A stretch of 64,000 bases of DNA, taken from positions 5,674,209 to 5,738,208 of the forward strand of contig CM082592.2 of NCBI GenBank assembly GCA_040954595.2, in the 5' to 3' direction. Below, piece after piece: positions 47,201 through 61,200 of the stretch; the stretch's first letter is position 1, and each line of letters opens with the position of its first letter. Position numbers and translations under genes: made by a program. This DNA is from Balanoglossus misakiensis (lineage: Eukaryota; Animalia; Hemichordata). The notes beneath the pieces are model-generated. The model had not been told where the DNA came from and made no database searches. It was given only the letters and a program-made list of their open reading frames with translations.

Positions 47201-50200
47201 CTTTCCGTCATGCAATACGGACGTACCGCGGTATACGTATGCGCACGACGCGGCATCTGGCGTAGATATACTGGACTACCTCAACCCGTGCACCAGTAAC
47301 CCGTGCAGCAACGGGGGCCTGTGCGAGAATGTCCCCGGCCACATCCAGTATTACTCCTGCTCTTGCTCAACGGGGTGGACGGGTGCCCTTTGTGAACAAG
47401 GTACAAACTACTTTTTACCAAAAAATCAGTTCCTTTATAGAGTGGATTGGTCTGTTGTTTTATGTATTACCACTGTGGTTTGTTTGACACCATAATGTGC
47501 ATGGTCGGTCTGTTTTGCTCCTCTCCAGGACGCGTACGGTTATCAATATCACCTGGGTGTCAATGAGCATACCGGTATCTTCATTTCTACAATCAGCGAC
47601 GTGCTCTGGTATTCAAGTCTTTGTGTGCAGCCCCCCCCCCCCCATTGTTTTTCCAAGTGACGGAGATTCCTCGATTGTAAATAGTTGTTAATTGGACACC
47701 GATCTCTTACATTTTCTGTCTTTGACCACCGCAGCTGTGCATCCGTGTGCGTACTATCCGTGTCGGAACGGCGGCGTCTGCAGCAGCCCGACGGACAATA
47801 CCTACATCTGTCAATGCAATCAGTATTTCACTGGAGATAATTGCGAGACGGGTAGACATTACAGCTTGAACGTTGTATTTTATTTGGAATGCTATTTGGT
47901 GTGTTGCTGAGTTCGGGTTTGATTTCCTTATTGTCGAGTTCTTGTTTCAAGATGGCGACTCTGTATACCTTCTGTGATATTGCCATGGATACGTACTTAT
48001 CCCTCGGTCTTCAGTCATCCGTGTTATGTCGTCTACCACTTGGCTTGACAGCGTGATTATCGTGCAGTTTATTAGAATTTGCCTCTTATGTTCTGAATGC
48101 ACTGAGGTTGTGTGGCGTGTTTCAATTATTCCTTTCTTAGGAAAGCTTGTTTTTTGGAAACTAATAAGAGCCTATGCCCCTTTCTGTGCTGCACTGTACT
48201 TGTAGCCGTTAATCGTCCCATGAATCCTTGCGACAGCAATCCGTGTCAAAATGGCGCAACCTGCGAAAACGTCGACAATGATGTGCGTTACTACACATGT
48301 TATTGCCCGCCATCTTGGATCGGTGCACTGTGCCAAACGTTAATAGGTATATGCATGTGGATTTCATTGTTTTTCAAACGAAAATGTGAGTCCTGCTTTG
48401 TCGATAACAGGGAATACATGTATTACCAATAAAGGTTCCAGGAAAAATTGAACAACTTTAAACCTCTCTAGTCTTTGCTATTTGCTGATTCGTCAATGAA
48501 ACCAAGTTGAACAATCTATGCCCCTATGTTCATTAAACTTGAATTACAGCAAATATTTCCCGCTTCTACCTACAGCTAACCCCTGTGGTCTCCAACCATG
48601 TCGTAACGGAGGCATTTGCAGCGACCTGGGTACGAGCTACACATGCACGTGTCCCTACGGAATTACTGGGGGATACTGTGAAATCGGTAAGAGACGTTGG
48701 ACTGGTGTGGGAACCTCACACATTATTAATTCAGCGACGAAAGAAACTGGCAGATTACTTCTGCGATAAACAGCACTAATAGCATTGAAGAGGAATATCT
48801 GTAACATTTTCAGAATTATTAGAAGGGTTTAGTTACACGTCGTCTTATTTTTTTGTCCACAGAGGTAAATCCTTGCACGAGCAATCCGTGTCAAAATGGC
48901 GGCACCTGTTCCAACTTCGTCTCTATGTATCTCTGTTCCTGTCCCACGGATTACACGGGAAGAAGGTGTGAAACAGGTAATCTAGCCACATTCATGATAA
49001 AATGATACAAAATGGAAAGTGAGTACGACATTTATCCCATCAGTGATATTTTCGCCGGTCAGGTGTTTTATACATTAATTTTTGAACAGTTATTTCACTT
49101 GGCACATCATTCGTTTTATTTGTCAGCCAACCCGTGCTATTTCGCCCCATGCCTCAACGGCGGAACGTGTTCCAACGCTGGAGATAACTTTGTTTGTCAG
49201 TGTCCGGTAGAATGGTCTGGTCAAACCTGCACCACGCGTGAGTAAAAGTAATTCAAAGTATAGACTTGGTTGTGTTGTTTTTCTGAAGGCAAAGGAATAA
49301 TTATTTCCAGAAGTAAAATGAGATTTTCTATAATGGACTTGTCAACATAGTCTGTGCGCAATTCATATTCAAGTTTTAATTATTGTATAGTCAGATGACA
49401 GTGGACGATCCGATGTTTATTTTTTATAATTCCGTTTTCAATCATTTCGCTCCAGCCACCAATCCCTGCTACAGTAACCCGTGTGCAAATGGAATATGCT
49501 TTCCTCGGAATAACTACGACTCGTTCTTCTGTCAGTGCAGTGCTGGTTGGACGGGTACAACGTGTTTAGAACGTGAGCAATTACAATACATGTATATCCG
49601 TGTGTGGTTCTATGGTGCAAGTGTGTATGTATGTATGTCAGTATAACTTCATGCATACATGTACATGCATGCATGTGGCTGGGTATTTACTTTTTGGAAC
49701 TTACAATAATGAGCCTCATCATACAATCCATAGTTGACCTTTGCCTCAATTTTGCAGGCGTTAATCCCTGTGATTCTAATCCTTGCCTGAATGACGGTGA
49801 ATGCGCCAATGAAGTCGTCCGATTCATCTGTACATGTGCGCCAGGATGGAGTGGATTATATTGTGAGACAGGTAAGCCAAACTCTGTTCGCTACAGTTAA
49901 TTTTCTTACAAGTTTCCGATTAACTCAAATATATTATATCAACTTTATGACTGTCTTCTGTGCCAATGGATGCAGCAATCTGAGTTCTAACCGATATTAT
50001 CTGTAATTTAACTTTTAGAGCTTGACCCGTGCGTTAGTAATCCGTGCTTCAACTCCGGTGTCTGTCTACGAGACAGCGATGGATACCAGTGCGACTGCGC
50101 GTTTGGATACACCGGCGAAAACTGCGAACGGCGTAAGTTCTGCGTCTTTGTGTTTCACGCCAACTGTGGCCACACATAGATTGAATTTACAGCATCGTCG

Positions 50201-53200
50201 CTTTCAGTAAAAAATAAACTGCCGAAATCTCTCAAGATGAATAATAAACCTGATAAATTGTTTCATATTTTACAGAGACGACTCCTTGTGACGACAACCC
50301 GTGTCAAAATGGCGGCATCTGCGTAAACAATATCCTCGGTTATCGCTGTATCTGCAGTACTAACTTCACTGGAGACAACTGTGAGACGGGTAAGATGAAT
50401 TTCGTGTGTTGACAAGAAATCGTTGCTCTTGTAAAAATTGTATGTTGCATTATTTCATTCTTCATGTAAGATAGTAACAATATGACTGCTTAAAACCTAC
50501 ATGTATACACAACACACACTGATACAATTTTCTTTACTCCACCACAGAAAGCGGACCTTGTCTATCGAACCCGTGCTTAAACGGAGCAACGTGCGTCGAA
50601 AACGGTAATGGATACAGATGTCAGTGCGTGTTGGGTTGGCTGGGAATCCAATGTGAAATACGTAAGTTGTTACATAGTTGCCCGGACTTTGTGCCGATAT
50701 GTTCAGAATTCAAGAGCAAAGGTGAACGTGTCAAATTGAATGGTGTGCGTATGAAAAAAAATGTGTTATAAATGTCATATTTTTATTTAGTTGTTTTGTA
50801 GTCTGTCAATTGATGCCCTCTTCCACCCCTTTAAATTACACCCCACCCCTTACGTGGTTAAAAGTAAGCGAGTAAAGATTCTAGATATCAAAATGCTGCA
50901 ATGTGCCTAATTTACATGTAAACTTTGTGTTATTTGTATGTGCATCTGTAGTTGACGCTTGCAGTAGTAGGCCATGTCAGAATGGTGGTTTGTGTTATAC
51001 AGCCTTGACTGTCTATAGGAATGCAACGACATATTTGTGTGTTTGTAACGGTGGGTTCACTGGTAAACAATGTGAAACAGGTAAGATAGTGAACTGCATG
51101 CTTATTGTCGTATTTGCTTGCCAGTTAAATGTCCTTGTTGACCTTTGACCCTATACCAATATGGCGACCGCGACAAAGCTGACGACCACGACAAAGAATG
51201 GAGTCAATATAAATACGCGATCTGTGAGTCCGTGTCTGTATGGGTGGTGTGGCGTGTCAAGAGTTGTCGTAATCCTAAAAGGCTCTTAGCAGTATATTTT
51301 ACAACTTTGTGTAAAGAGAAAATTGCATCACGTATATTGCAAAGGAAACATTGCATATGAAACCATCGTTTTCCTATACGCATATTACACTTAGGGATTT
51401 GCGTTTGCAAAACTATAATTTGGATGCGTAGATGCGTAGTTTTACAGCTAAAAACGCTCTATCTTGTATATCCTTTCAGTGTACAGCCCATGTGACAGTG
51501 CCCCGTGTCTAAACAACGGCATGTGTGTAGAAGGAGCTGTGGAATATACGTGTGTTTGTGTGGGGTTCTGGACAGGACAACGCTGCGACATGGGTAAACA
51601 AACAGTCTGTCGTATCGATGATACATGTACATTTATTCTTTTTCTATACCAGCATGTCATTTATGTTACTTTTCCGGTTGCCTTTGTTATTTACTTCCTT
51701 TGTGTATATTTGCCATTGTCACTGTTCACCCACGGTTAAATTAGGCATTATTCGTGATACTTTCTCATTTCTCCGGCGCATTTCATCTCATAGCGGTGGA
51801 TCCCTGTGCTGGCACGACGTGTCATAATGGCGGCACGTGCGTGACTGTTGAAGGCTCGGCGAGGTGCCAGTGTCAGCTCGGCTGGTCAGGTGACATCTGC
51901 AATGTAGGTAAGTGTGTAAGTCAGGGCTTCGATTTTATTGGGGGGGGGGGGGTTATAGGACCAGGGTTTACGCAAAAGGAGAATGTCTTACAGTAATAGA
52001 AGCACCTCCAGAAATCGTAGCCTGAGACCACTTGACGGTTAACCTGATTTCTTTCTGTTCCAGTTGTCGACCCATGTAACCCTAACCCCTGTATTGGTGG
52101 CGGAACGTGTATCCCATCACAGTCCTTGGAATCGTACAGCTGCGCATGCCCCACCGGAACAAACGGAACGCACTGTGAGCAAGGTAAAACATTTCGTTCA
52201 CAAAACTCGATAATTTATAAATAACCCACAACCGTTTCGGACCCAAAATGGGTTTGGAAAGTATTTTTTTTTTTTTTCAAAGTAATCACTTGAAATCGAA
52301 TATAAATAGAACATTTTATGTAATGTTATTGGTGGTAAGATTTGATAATTCGATCGACTAATGTAGGGGGTGTTGTTAATGTAATTCACAGTGGTATATC
52401 CGTGCGATAGTGACCCTTGTCAGAATGGAGCAAGATGCGCCACGTTTGTGGATTACTACCAGTGTGTGTGTCAGCAAGGATGGACTGGAACAAACTGCGA
52501 GACTGGTGAGATGTAAAACACATTATGACGATTCTCGATTTTACTCATGGTCCTATCTACCCCAGTTTAGGACTCGACAGGGATATATTTTGTACTTGCA
52601 ACCAACCCTAATTGCTTTGTCAAGGATTTCATCATGGACCCTTCTCGTCATAGGCCTATGGTCTTGGCATTATAATCATATATTTTGACAATCCGGTAGA
52701 CCTGTTCTAGAAATAATGAAGACCGAATCATTTTGTGTGATTCTATTTTGTTTCTTTCTATGATTACATCGCAGAATATGACCCATGTGGAAGCGACCCT
52801 TGTCGTAATGGCGGAACTTGCGAAATGACGTCAAACGACGCAATTTCCTGTGATTGCGTTTCCGGCTGGATCGGTGAACACTGTCAGATAGGTAAGCAGT
52901 ACAAATCTGCGTGTTTATTTGTGTGTTTGTCCGTTCTTTGGTAGTTAGGTAGGTTGGTTGGTTGGTGCATACTCCGCGGCAGCCACATACACAATCCATA
53001 TTGCAGACGGTATGTTGTCGAAAAAAATTGTAACATAACGTTATCTTCTATTTCAGTTGATCTTTGCGCCAGCAGACCGTGTCAAAATGGCGGCTTTTGT
53101 GTTAACTACCAAACTCACTACACGTGCAACTGTGTGTCACACTGGATGGGGACAAACTGCGACATATGTAAGTCTAAGCTTATATTCTGTGTCGTTCGTC

Positions 53201-56200
53201 TTGACAGTTTGACCGTCAAAATATATGATTATACTTTCAGGCTATTGCTATGGGAAACCATGAACGGTGACACCTAGCACTTAGCAACCAACCACAGCCT
53301 ATAGTTTTGTGCCTTTATATTACAGTGTCCAACCCGTGTATCAGCAACCCGTGCCAGAATGATGGCGTGTGTTACATCACCGCGGACCTGCTCTTCTTTT
53401 GCCAATGCAACAAGGGATTCACTGGTACCAGATGCGAAACAGGTATAGGGTAACGCTTTATGTCAAATATATTTACTATTTTTCACTGTCGTGTTTAGCA
53501 CGGTTATCCTAAAATTTGACCACGTTTCACTTCCAGAGATCAACTTCTGCGATTACAATCCCTGTCGAAATGGCGGTGAATGCCAACAGTTGCAAACATC
53601 TTACTCCTGCAGATGCCAGCCTGGCTTCGCGGGTCCAAATTGCGAAACCGGTGAGTTACATCACTGTCAGTATACGTTGTTATCAGCGAAACCAAAAGAG
53701 AGGTCGTTTGCATTTGTTTGTGTCCTTCAGAGGGCGCTGTGACAGTATTTTCAATAGTATATCTCTGAGGAAGAATCCATTTTGTTTAGTTTTGTTTTAT
53801 TTTGCTTTGTTTTACAGTGATAGATCCCAACAATCCTTGTTCCAGTAATCCGTGTCAAAATGGTGGAGTTTGCTATACTTCTGATAATGTTAATAATCAG
53901 TATTTCATCTGCCAGTGTTTGGATGGTTGGGTTGGTGATCTGTGTCAGATTAAAGAGGGTGGTGAGTTATTTTTATGAAAAAAATCGTATCAAAACCAAT
54001 TTCATTTATGTTCGTGTCCTTATTTTTGTCTAGAAAATCCACAATTTTACTGATGTTTCAATTCACATGTTCTCTTTAAAAACAGATAACCCCTGCGAAG
54101 CTATTTCTTGTCACAACGGAGGGGAATGTTTCACGTCGACTGAATACCCCTTTTATATATGCGTCTGTCGTTCTGGATGGATGGGACCAACCTGCCAGCA
54201 AGGTAACAAATGCACTTCCTTGTGGTGGTGGCGGTGAGGGGGAGGAGGAAGATAATTATTTGCGCTCACATCCCTTCATCATTTAAAATTTATGCCATTA
54301 TGTCGTTATACATTTTACAGTTGAGTCTGGCCTATCCCTGTCTAAATGGCGGCACGTGTTACCATACAAGTATAGACTACATATGCAAGTGTGCGGGCAA
54401 CTGGACAGGAAGACATTGCGACCAACGTAGGTCATACTTTACGCGAAATTCACTACACTATGAGTCGGTGATTACCGCATGAGCGCTTTCTTTCATGTCA
54501 AATCAGTTAATTTCTCTTTCTCTTGTTTTTGATGATCGTATGGGGGGATAATTTTGAAACAAAGGTGGACTCGATGTAAGTGATTCTTTACTTATCGTCG
54601 TTATTTATTTGCAGCTGCAGAACCATGCAAGAGTAATCCGTGCAAGAATGATGCCGAGTGCACGCCAACGTCCATCGGTTTTCACTGCGCATGCCCGTCT
54701 GGATTCACCGGCGCAACCTGTAGTGTAGGTCAGTGCTCTTTCAATACTTGTGCCAGACTACAGGAAAAATGACAACAAAACAAATTGGTTTATGAAACGT
54801 GCGCTAGAAAAGGTGTAAAGAGCGCATATTCAACTGGAAATTCGCTGTAATTTGATTAAGGATCTCCAAGCTTTAAATCGTATTAGTTACCACAAAACAA
54901 TTTAAGGATTCTATAACATTAATCCTGTTAACAAAGACTTTGCCCGTGGTAGTTTTTTCTTATCATACAAGGTATTAAAACCCGATTTGGCGTCGTTCGT
55001 TGTGTCACGGATGAACTGAACGATCTGTTTGGTCATTAATATTATGATGAAGTGTAATTATGAATATTTTATGAGCGTCTGTGCATTTAATTTGCTCATA
55101 TATAGTTTGTTTACGAGTGCTATTTTTAAATGGAATCGTTCTGCAAACAGGCGGCAAATCGCTTTAACTTTGATGGTACCTAAAAGGCACCAACCAGAAA
55201 TCAAATGGTTTTCGCTGCGCATGTCTGCCTGGCGCCTGGTTACCATAGTAACATACTGACCATGGCTAAAAATATGGATTTTTCTCCCTCTCTTTTTCAG
55301 CAATGGATCCATGCGAGAGCAGCCCGTGTTTGAACGAAGCAGAATGCTACCACCAGGCAAACGAGTATTACTGCGTCTGCGCAGACGGCTTCACTGGTAC
55401 AACGTGCGAAACAGGTCAGTGCTTTGCCGTCGGGTCATGGCCTTCGCAAATGCCAAGCCTCGTTATTTCTAGCATTTCTAATAAATTTAATATATACAGA
55501 CTGTACAAGTATACTTGAGCTTTGCAAATAATCGGTTCTCGTGAAGGCAATATGTATATTGTGAAAATATTAAAACAAATACCATGAAACAAGGATAACC
55601 ATATCGCCTATTTAAAATTCAAATGGTAAACGACGACGTGGGGCGTGGATATATATATACAATGTATATATATTTAACAACATGTTAATAAAGCTAAATT
55701 TATCACAAGAGATACATCTGGATAGAAAATGATCGAATATATTATCGGACCATAGTTTTTTTAAATTTAACAGAAGAGATATCTGTCGTATCTGTCGGTA
55801 TCAAGTCGTTTTCTTTTGGGGAAAATCTGTGATGTGTACAGTTGTTGAAAATATCCCCTTCAGTTTGACCTTCGTGTAACGAAGATCATGTGACGAAAAA
55901 TACATTTGGCCTAAATAAGATTATATCAAAACAGTCGGTATCAAATTGTTTTCTCTATGAACATAATACATGTAGGCCTACTCAGAATATTCGAAAATGT
56001 GGTAGAATTTTCATTTCGTTCACTTCACTTCACTTCAGATGTCGATGAATGTGCGAGTCAGCCATGCCAGAACGGGGGCAGTTGTTCCGATCAGAGAAAC
56101 GCCTTTCTGTGTCTATGCATCACTGGTTACGCAGGATCGACATGCGAAGCCGGTAAACAAACCTTTTTCTCATTACGGTTGATTCGTGGAGAGTGTTTTG

Positions 56201-56568
56201 ATAAAAACACCGCGAGAGGACATTTCTGTTAACACATATTTTCCAAGCAAATCTAAAGAACGTTGTATCCAACAGGTTGTTAAGCATATTTCCTCTCGAG
56301 ACCTAACTGATAAATCCTATGAAGTTGTAAGGCTTCGAACGATTTCATGAAGATCAGCGGTTACTGACTGTTCGACGAGTAGAGGTTGTAGAGTAAGCAC
56401 TGGCAATTACTACGACGGCGGTAATAATACTGATTCACTAAACAGTAAATTTACTTCAATCTTTCAGCTCTGTTGGTATCAAGGGGAACACGTTCCACGC
56501 CGACACTTATCGAGCTACTATCAATCTGCGTCACTGGTTTCCTTATTTTAACCACATTACGAAGGTAG
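43173..56568 (+). CDS. Fibropellin-I-like protein: signal peptide, EGF, CUB, 29 further intact EGF (plus one broken EGF exon), GPI-like hydrophobic tail; ~1353 aa if the broken exon is skipped
   Basis: Signal exon 43173-43239; EGF 43862-43981; CUB 44540-44890. Phase 1-1 EGF exons: 45112-45222, 45612-45725, 45987-46109, 46766-46885, 47266-47400, 47735-47851, 48206-48346, 48576-48686, 48863-48976, 49127-49237, 49456-49572, 49758-49871, 50019-50132, 50276-50389, 50548-50661, 50952-51080, 51480-51593, 51794-51907, 52064-52183, 52392-52505, 52775-52891, 53057-53167, 53326-53442, 53537-53650, 53818-53961, 54086-54202, [54321-54426 broken], 54615-54728, 55301-55414, 56039-56152. Terminal exon 56468-56568 encodes [33 protein letters not shown]. 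Confidence 0.88.
44254..44340. repeat. Mixed (GT)n/(GCGT)n/(GTCT)n simple repeat
   Basis: Directly visible. Confidence 0.8.
54321..54426 (+). pseudogene. Frameshifted EGF exon (pseudo-exon) lacking Cys1
   Basis: 106 nt (not 3n) between good splice sites. The EGF motif [14 protein letters not shown] lies in a different frame from the upstream exon. Confidence 0.8.
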
Positions 56569-57224
56569 CACATAGAGAAAGGCCAACAAACTCTGACCTT
56601 GGTGTCCACAGAACCTCTGACACCAGTATCCACACAAAATTTATTTGACATTGATACCAACCCTAACGTTGTAGAGGCCTCTATTAGTTTTCCTAATGGT
56701 GTTGGTTCAAACAGTATTCATTCATTCATACGTTGACCTACGCGTTATTGGTATTAACTATACAATGTATTTTACACATGGATATTGGTACTGAGATAAA
56801 ATTTTAATTAATGTATAATACAGCATTTATCTGTTTATCTTTGGAACAATCATGAAAACTCCGTCCTGTCAGAATCGACAATTCGCGAAACGAAACATAT
56901 CTTTCCCAAAAAACGATTCTTTGCTTATGTGGTATCTAGGATTTGTCATGCGGTTTTAACTGTTCAGGGAGTGTTAAATGTGTTTCAGTTTGTAAGTAGA
57001 AGATAGAATACTTGTGTTTAAAACGGCATGACGTGTACTAGACAGCAGCAAGGCTTTTAGAATCAGCTGAAACATACATTGATATGTGTCGCATGTAATC
57101 ACCTAGAACATGAAAGAAATTCAACTGTTTCTTCGCTTCGTGTATAAAAGCATGTGATACCGATATTTAAAATTAATAGCCTGTATTTGATAATAGATTC
57201 CTATAGCTTTGTACTCAACATGTA

Positions 57225-57230
57225 AATAAA
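57225..57230 (+). terminator. Probable polyadenylation signal of the fibropellin-like gene
   Basis: AATAAA ~660 nt after the stop codon and before the next gene's first exon. Confidence 0.5.
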
Positions 57231-58155
57231 ACACTTTTATGAACGTTGAATTCCAGATTTTGACTAAATTATTGATATTTACAGTTTTTGCGTGGCGTCA
57301 TTTTGGATAAATAAGTTTACAAACATTTAGATTAAAGCCAACAAAAGGTTAACAGCTGTGTTATTTTTAAATTCAAAACAAACAGCATGAATTGACATTT
57401 GTGTGGTCCCGCGTACTTTCATCGAGGTTTAACGCGAAGGCTTTCCGAAATTAACAAAGAAGACACGGCATATAATTTTTTGCGTGTCCTTCATCGCAAA
57501 CCCGCAGGCTGTGGCATTCCGCGATCGTTTGCCAATCGCCGAGTGACGTCTGTTAATCCGAACACAATGTCCAAATGTTGCTACCTGATAAGTGGACTAC
57601 GGTGTCATTTGCCGCAATGCTCTCATGTACACACTGACAACTATTGCGCTGTGCTCATACGATAAAAGTTGCTTTCAAAACTGGTTGTCCCGGTTTAAAT
57701 GTTATTCAAAAACTTTCCCCAATGCCATTGCACACCACAAAACGACGAGTGATACCTATGACGTGGACTGTGGTGGCGAGATTGGCATGAACAGTTATTC
57801 TGATTTAGGCTGGTACTGGTTTTATTGATTCAACCTTCAAAACATACTTGTTAATGAGATGAAAACAAAAGGAAACACTGTCACTGTAATTTCAACGGTT
57901 AAAATTCAATTAGTGACAGGTGTCATTAAATTCAAACTCATAATGAGATTTCGTGCAGACATGTATTCAGACTATTTGCATTCCTTGCCAGAGTGTGATA
58001 GTAAATGCCCGCGTCGCGTCAACCAGTCAATCTAACTTATTTTCCGAGCACGTATGTCAAAGCGGCAGTCGATTATACAAGTAAACAGTCCACAAAACAA
58101 TTTATATAATGCGCCGTCTACTTTCACTGCCGCGCCATATTGGATCATCCACGCC

Positions 58156-58163
58156 ATGCAAAT
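58156..58163 (+). promoter_or_regulatory. Octamer ATGCAAAT upstream of the second EGF gene
   Basis: Exact octamer ~130 nt before the ATG; TTTATATAA nearby at 58101. Confidence 0.35.
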
Positions 58164-58288
58164 TCTTTGAATATTAATGAGGCCGATCGAGCAGCTGTCC
58201 GCGCTCACCACGCGTAACTAAGCGAAGTAGTGTTGTTGTCGTTTTTATGTACCGCGGGAAGTGCGTACCATGTAAAATATTTACCACG

Positions 58289-61200
58289 ATGACTGTGTCC
58301 TGGATTGGTTTTTCGGCGATCGTTCCGCTCCTGGTTTTCGTGACGGCGGTTGGAGCTCAAGGTGAGTTCAATGCACGCTCGTGCTGCAGCCGAGCGCTGT
58401 ACATGTAGTACCAGCATGATATATGGATGCCTCGTGTAGTCGTGTAACAAGCATTCCGCCAGGTGTTTGTGTGTGTATGTTCCATACGTAACAGTGATGG
58501 CAGTGTGTGCGCTAACATTTTCAACTGAAGAGTACAGTTCAATATATGATGGAGGTGGTTTCAAATTTAATGCACGGGACGAATTGCCTAAACGCACTGC
58601 CATGCCAGGCGTGTTTGATTGACAAACAACGTCACGAACTCGCAATACATCAAACATTTAGAGGTCAAGCATGCGTTGCGAGGTCCGGTTCTAATTAATC
58701 CAGTTGTGGTTTGTTTGAAAAGGGGCGTTTTATTCGCCGTGTAATATCGTTATGTTTCTTGAGGATGCGTTAGCATTAAAACGCAAAGTAATCAGAGTTC
58801 CATAAAATCGATCCGTTTACATGTTATATAAAATATAAGGAGCCATGGCCACGTACACATATAGCACTGTAAATACATGTAATGAGTATAATGTCACCAT
58901 CTAATGGGATATTGTACTATTTCTAAGGAATGCAATCGCAAATGAAATTGATTTACAGTCACGTTCACCCAGATGAATATTACTATTTCGAAACGGTTCC
59001 CCACGGCCTCTTACATGCAGTTCTCCAATAATGGCCAGACTCTTTCAGTGTCGCTGTTAGTGTATTGTGAAGGGTCGTTCACCTGACTGGCCGGAAAACA
59101 ACAAATCGATGCGATACATTATGTATGGGCCAGACCCGTGGGCCTCTCGGTGACGGCGTGGCCGTTTTCGAAGTGAAACTTCGCACAGTGAATGTTATTT
59201 TACACCATATATGCCGGTATATCGTTTGTGGGTTGTTAAATAGGCGGGCAATTAATAAACGCCCATTTCATTCGAATCGAATTCTATCGCATCGCTGTGC
59301 TGTGCTGATAACGGGTGATGCCATCTTTCCGCCCAGCCGGCTTCCGACAAAAGTTTAACACTCAAACGATAAGAAAAATCCACATCGCAGGCAATTGTCA
59401 GGCTAATCTCGACTGATCTTAAGTGGAGGCAACGACCTAAAATGTCGATCAGAACATGAATGGAGTTTAATCGCGCTGAATGCATTCAATGCGGAGAGGC
59501 AGGGGCACCGAAATGTGTGTTGTTGCAGAAGGCCGAATGATACCATCAGAATATCGGTTACAAACATCGTGTGAGCTATTTATAGAAAATGATATTTTTT
59601 CAAGTGATTTTATGTAGTGAATTCAGAATTGATGCAAACGTCTATTGAACTTGGATGTCTAACATTGGCCCCGTATTGCGGTATTCATAGAAATCACTAA
59701 ACAAAGGGGAAAAAATGAAATGTACATCGCATCTCGCAAAACAGCGTTAGTGAAGACCACGACAGAATCCATTTATGGGTCAACTGAGGTTAATCCGAAA
59801 ATAGCGCATGGCTGTGTTCTATAAAATCATCATAACATCTAGACTGTAGTAGTCTGTTATTACGTTTACAAATTAAAATATTAATTAATACGCAATGGGA
59901 GAGCATCTAGAGACCAGTTAACGTCAAAAAATTCAATGTTTAACATTTTAATATAATGATACATATATCATTCATTTCCATCAACAGGTCCTATATTGCG
60001 GCCATTATCGCAAAAAATGAATTCATAAATATGTTTTACAATGTAAAACATGAAATATAATACGGTATTTGAACTCTGGAATAAAAACAAATGATCCGCA
60101 TTATTTCTCTATTGTTCGTGCAATTGAACGGATAACGGTTTTTTGGGCGCGGCTGTTGCCATCCATTGTCGTCCGCCGCCATGTTGGGTGGAGACCACAC
60201 GTCGAGGTTGACTCACAAATAAACGGCCCCTGTACCAGCAGTGCCGTGTGGTATCACTTTCAACACGACATGTTTGTTGCGCGGCAACGCCCGATTCATT
60301 TTAGAGGTTGCGTGTAAACGACACATAGGAGTATCTTACTGACAGTATTCGGGACACTCAACCCGAGAATGAAACATTGAACTAATAATGGCGCTTTGCA
60401 AATATCAAGAGTACACATGTATCCCGCTGCAAATGAAAACGTGCTATATACTAGTTATTGACTACTTAGTATTCTGAGGGCGTTCACTTATATCGTAAAC
60501 TGCCATGCAAGCACATAACGTCACTTTCAGTTGATATTGCCAGACGTAGTAATAATACGCTACTCTTGATTAAAGTAGGAAGGACGGTCAATACATTTTT
60601 TTCTATGTTTAACAATGAGTGAGTGAGTGAGTGTATGAATGGATGAATGAACGAATGAAATAATGGCTAATGGTTCGTGCTATTCAACTTTGGTCACCTT
60701 GCATGATATGTGACGATAACAGTCTTTGTGAGTTGATTGGCATGTGCATTTTCGCTTTCATTACTTGTCTGGTTGCGATTTCCTGTTGTTTGATTTCTCC
60801 ATTAAAACCGATCTTATTCGACTATCGAAGCAGACAAATCCTTGATTAATAATTATTTTAATGGTCTTGCTTTTCAAATGCGGTGACAACGCGTGAACGG
60901 TTTATTAATTTCGTTCTTTAATATGGGTTTCTAGTTTTGTTGTCTTGGCAACACTGTACAGAAGAAAGATACGAAAGTGTCCGCCCTATCATCCCTTTGA
61001 CTCTTACACATTTTTTGCAGGGATAGATTTCTGCACTCCCCAGCCATGTCTTAACGGGGGATATTGCACATCAACAACTTTCGGGTACAGCTGCGACTGT
61101 CCCCCGGGATGGACGGGCGGAATCTGTGGCATACAAACAAGTAAGATAACACACGCGCGCGCGCGTACACACACAAACGCACGCGCGCGAAACAGAAAGT

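Noticed and set aside
56152-61021. Treating all EGF exons as one gene
   Set aside because: A terminal exon with stop and AATAAA, then a new signal-peptide exon at 58289, separate the two arrays.
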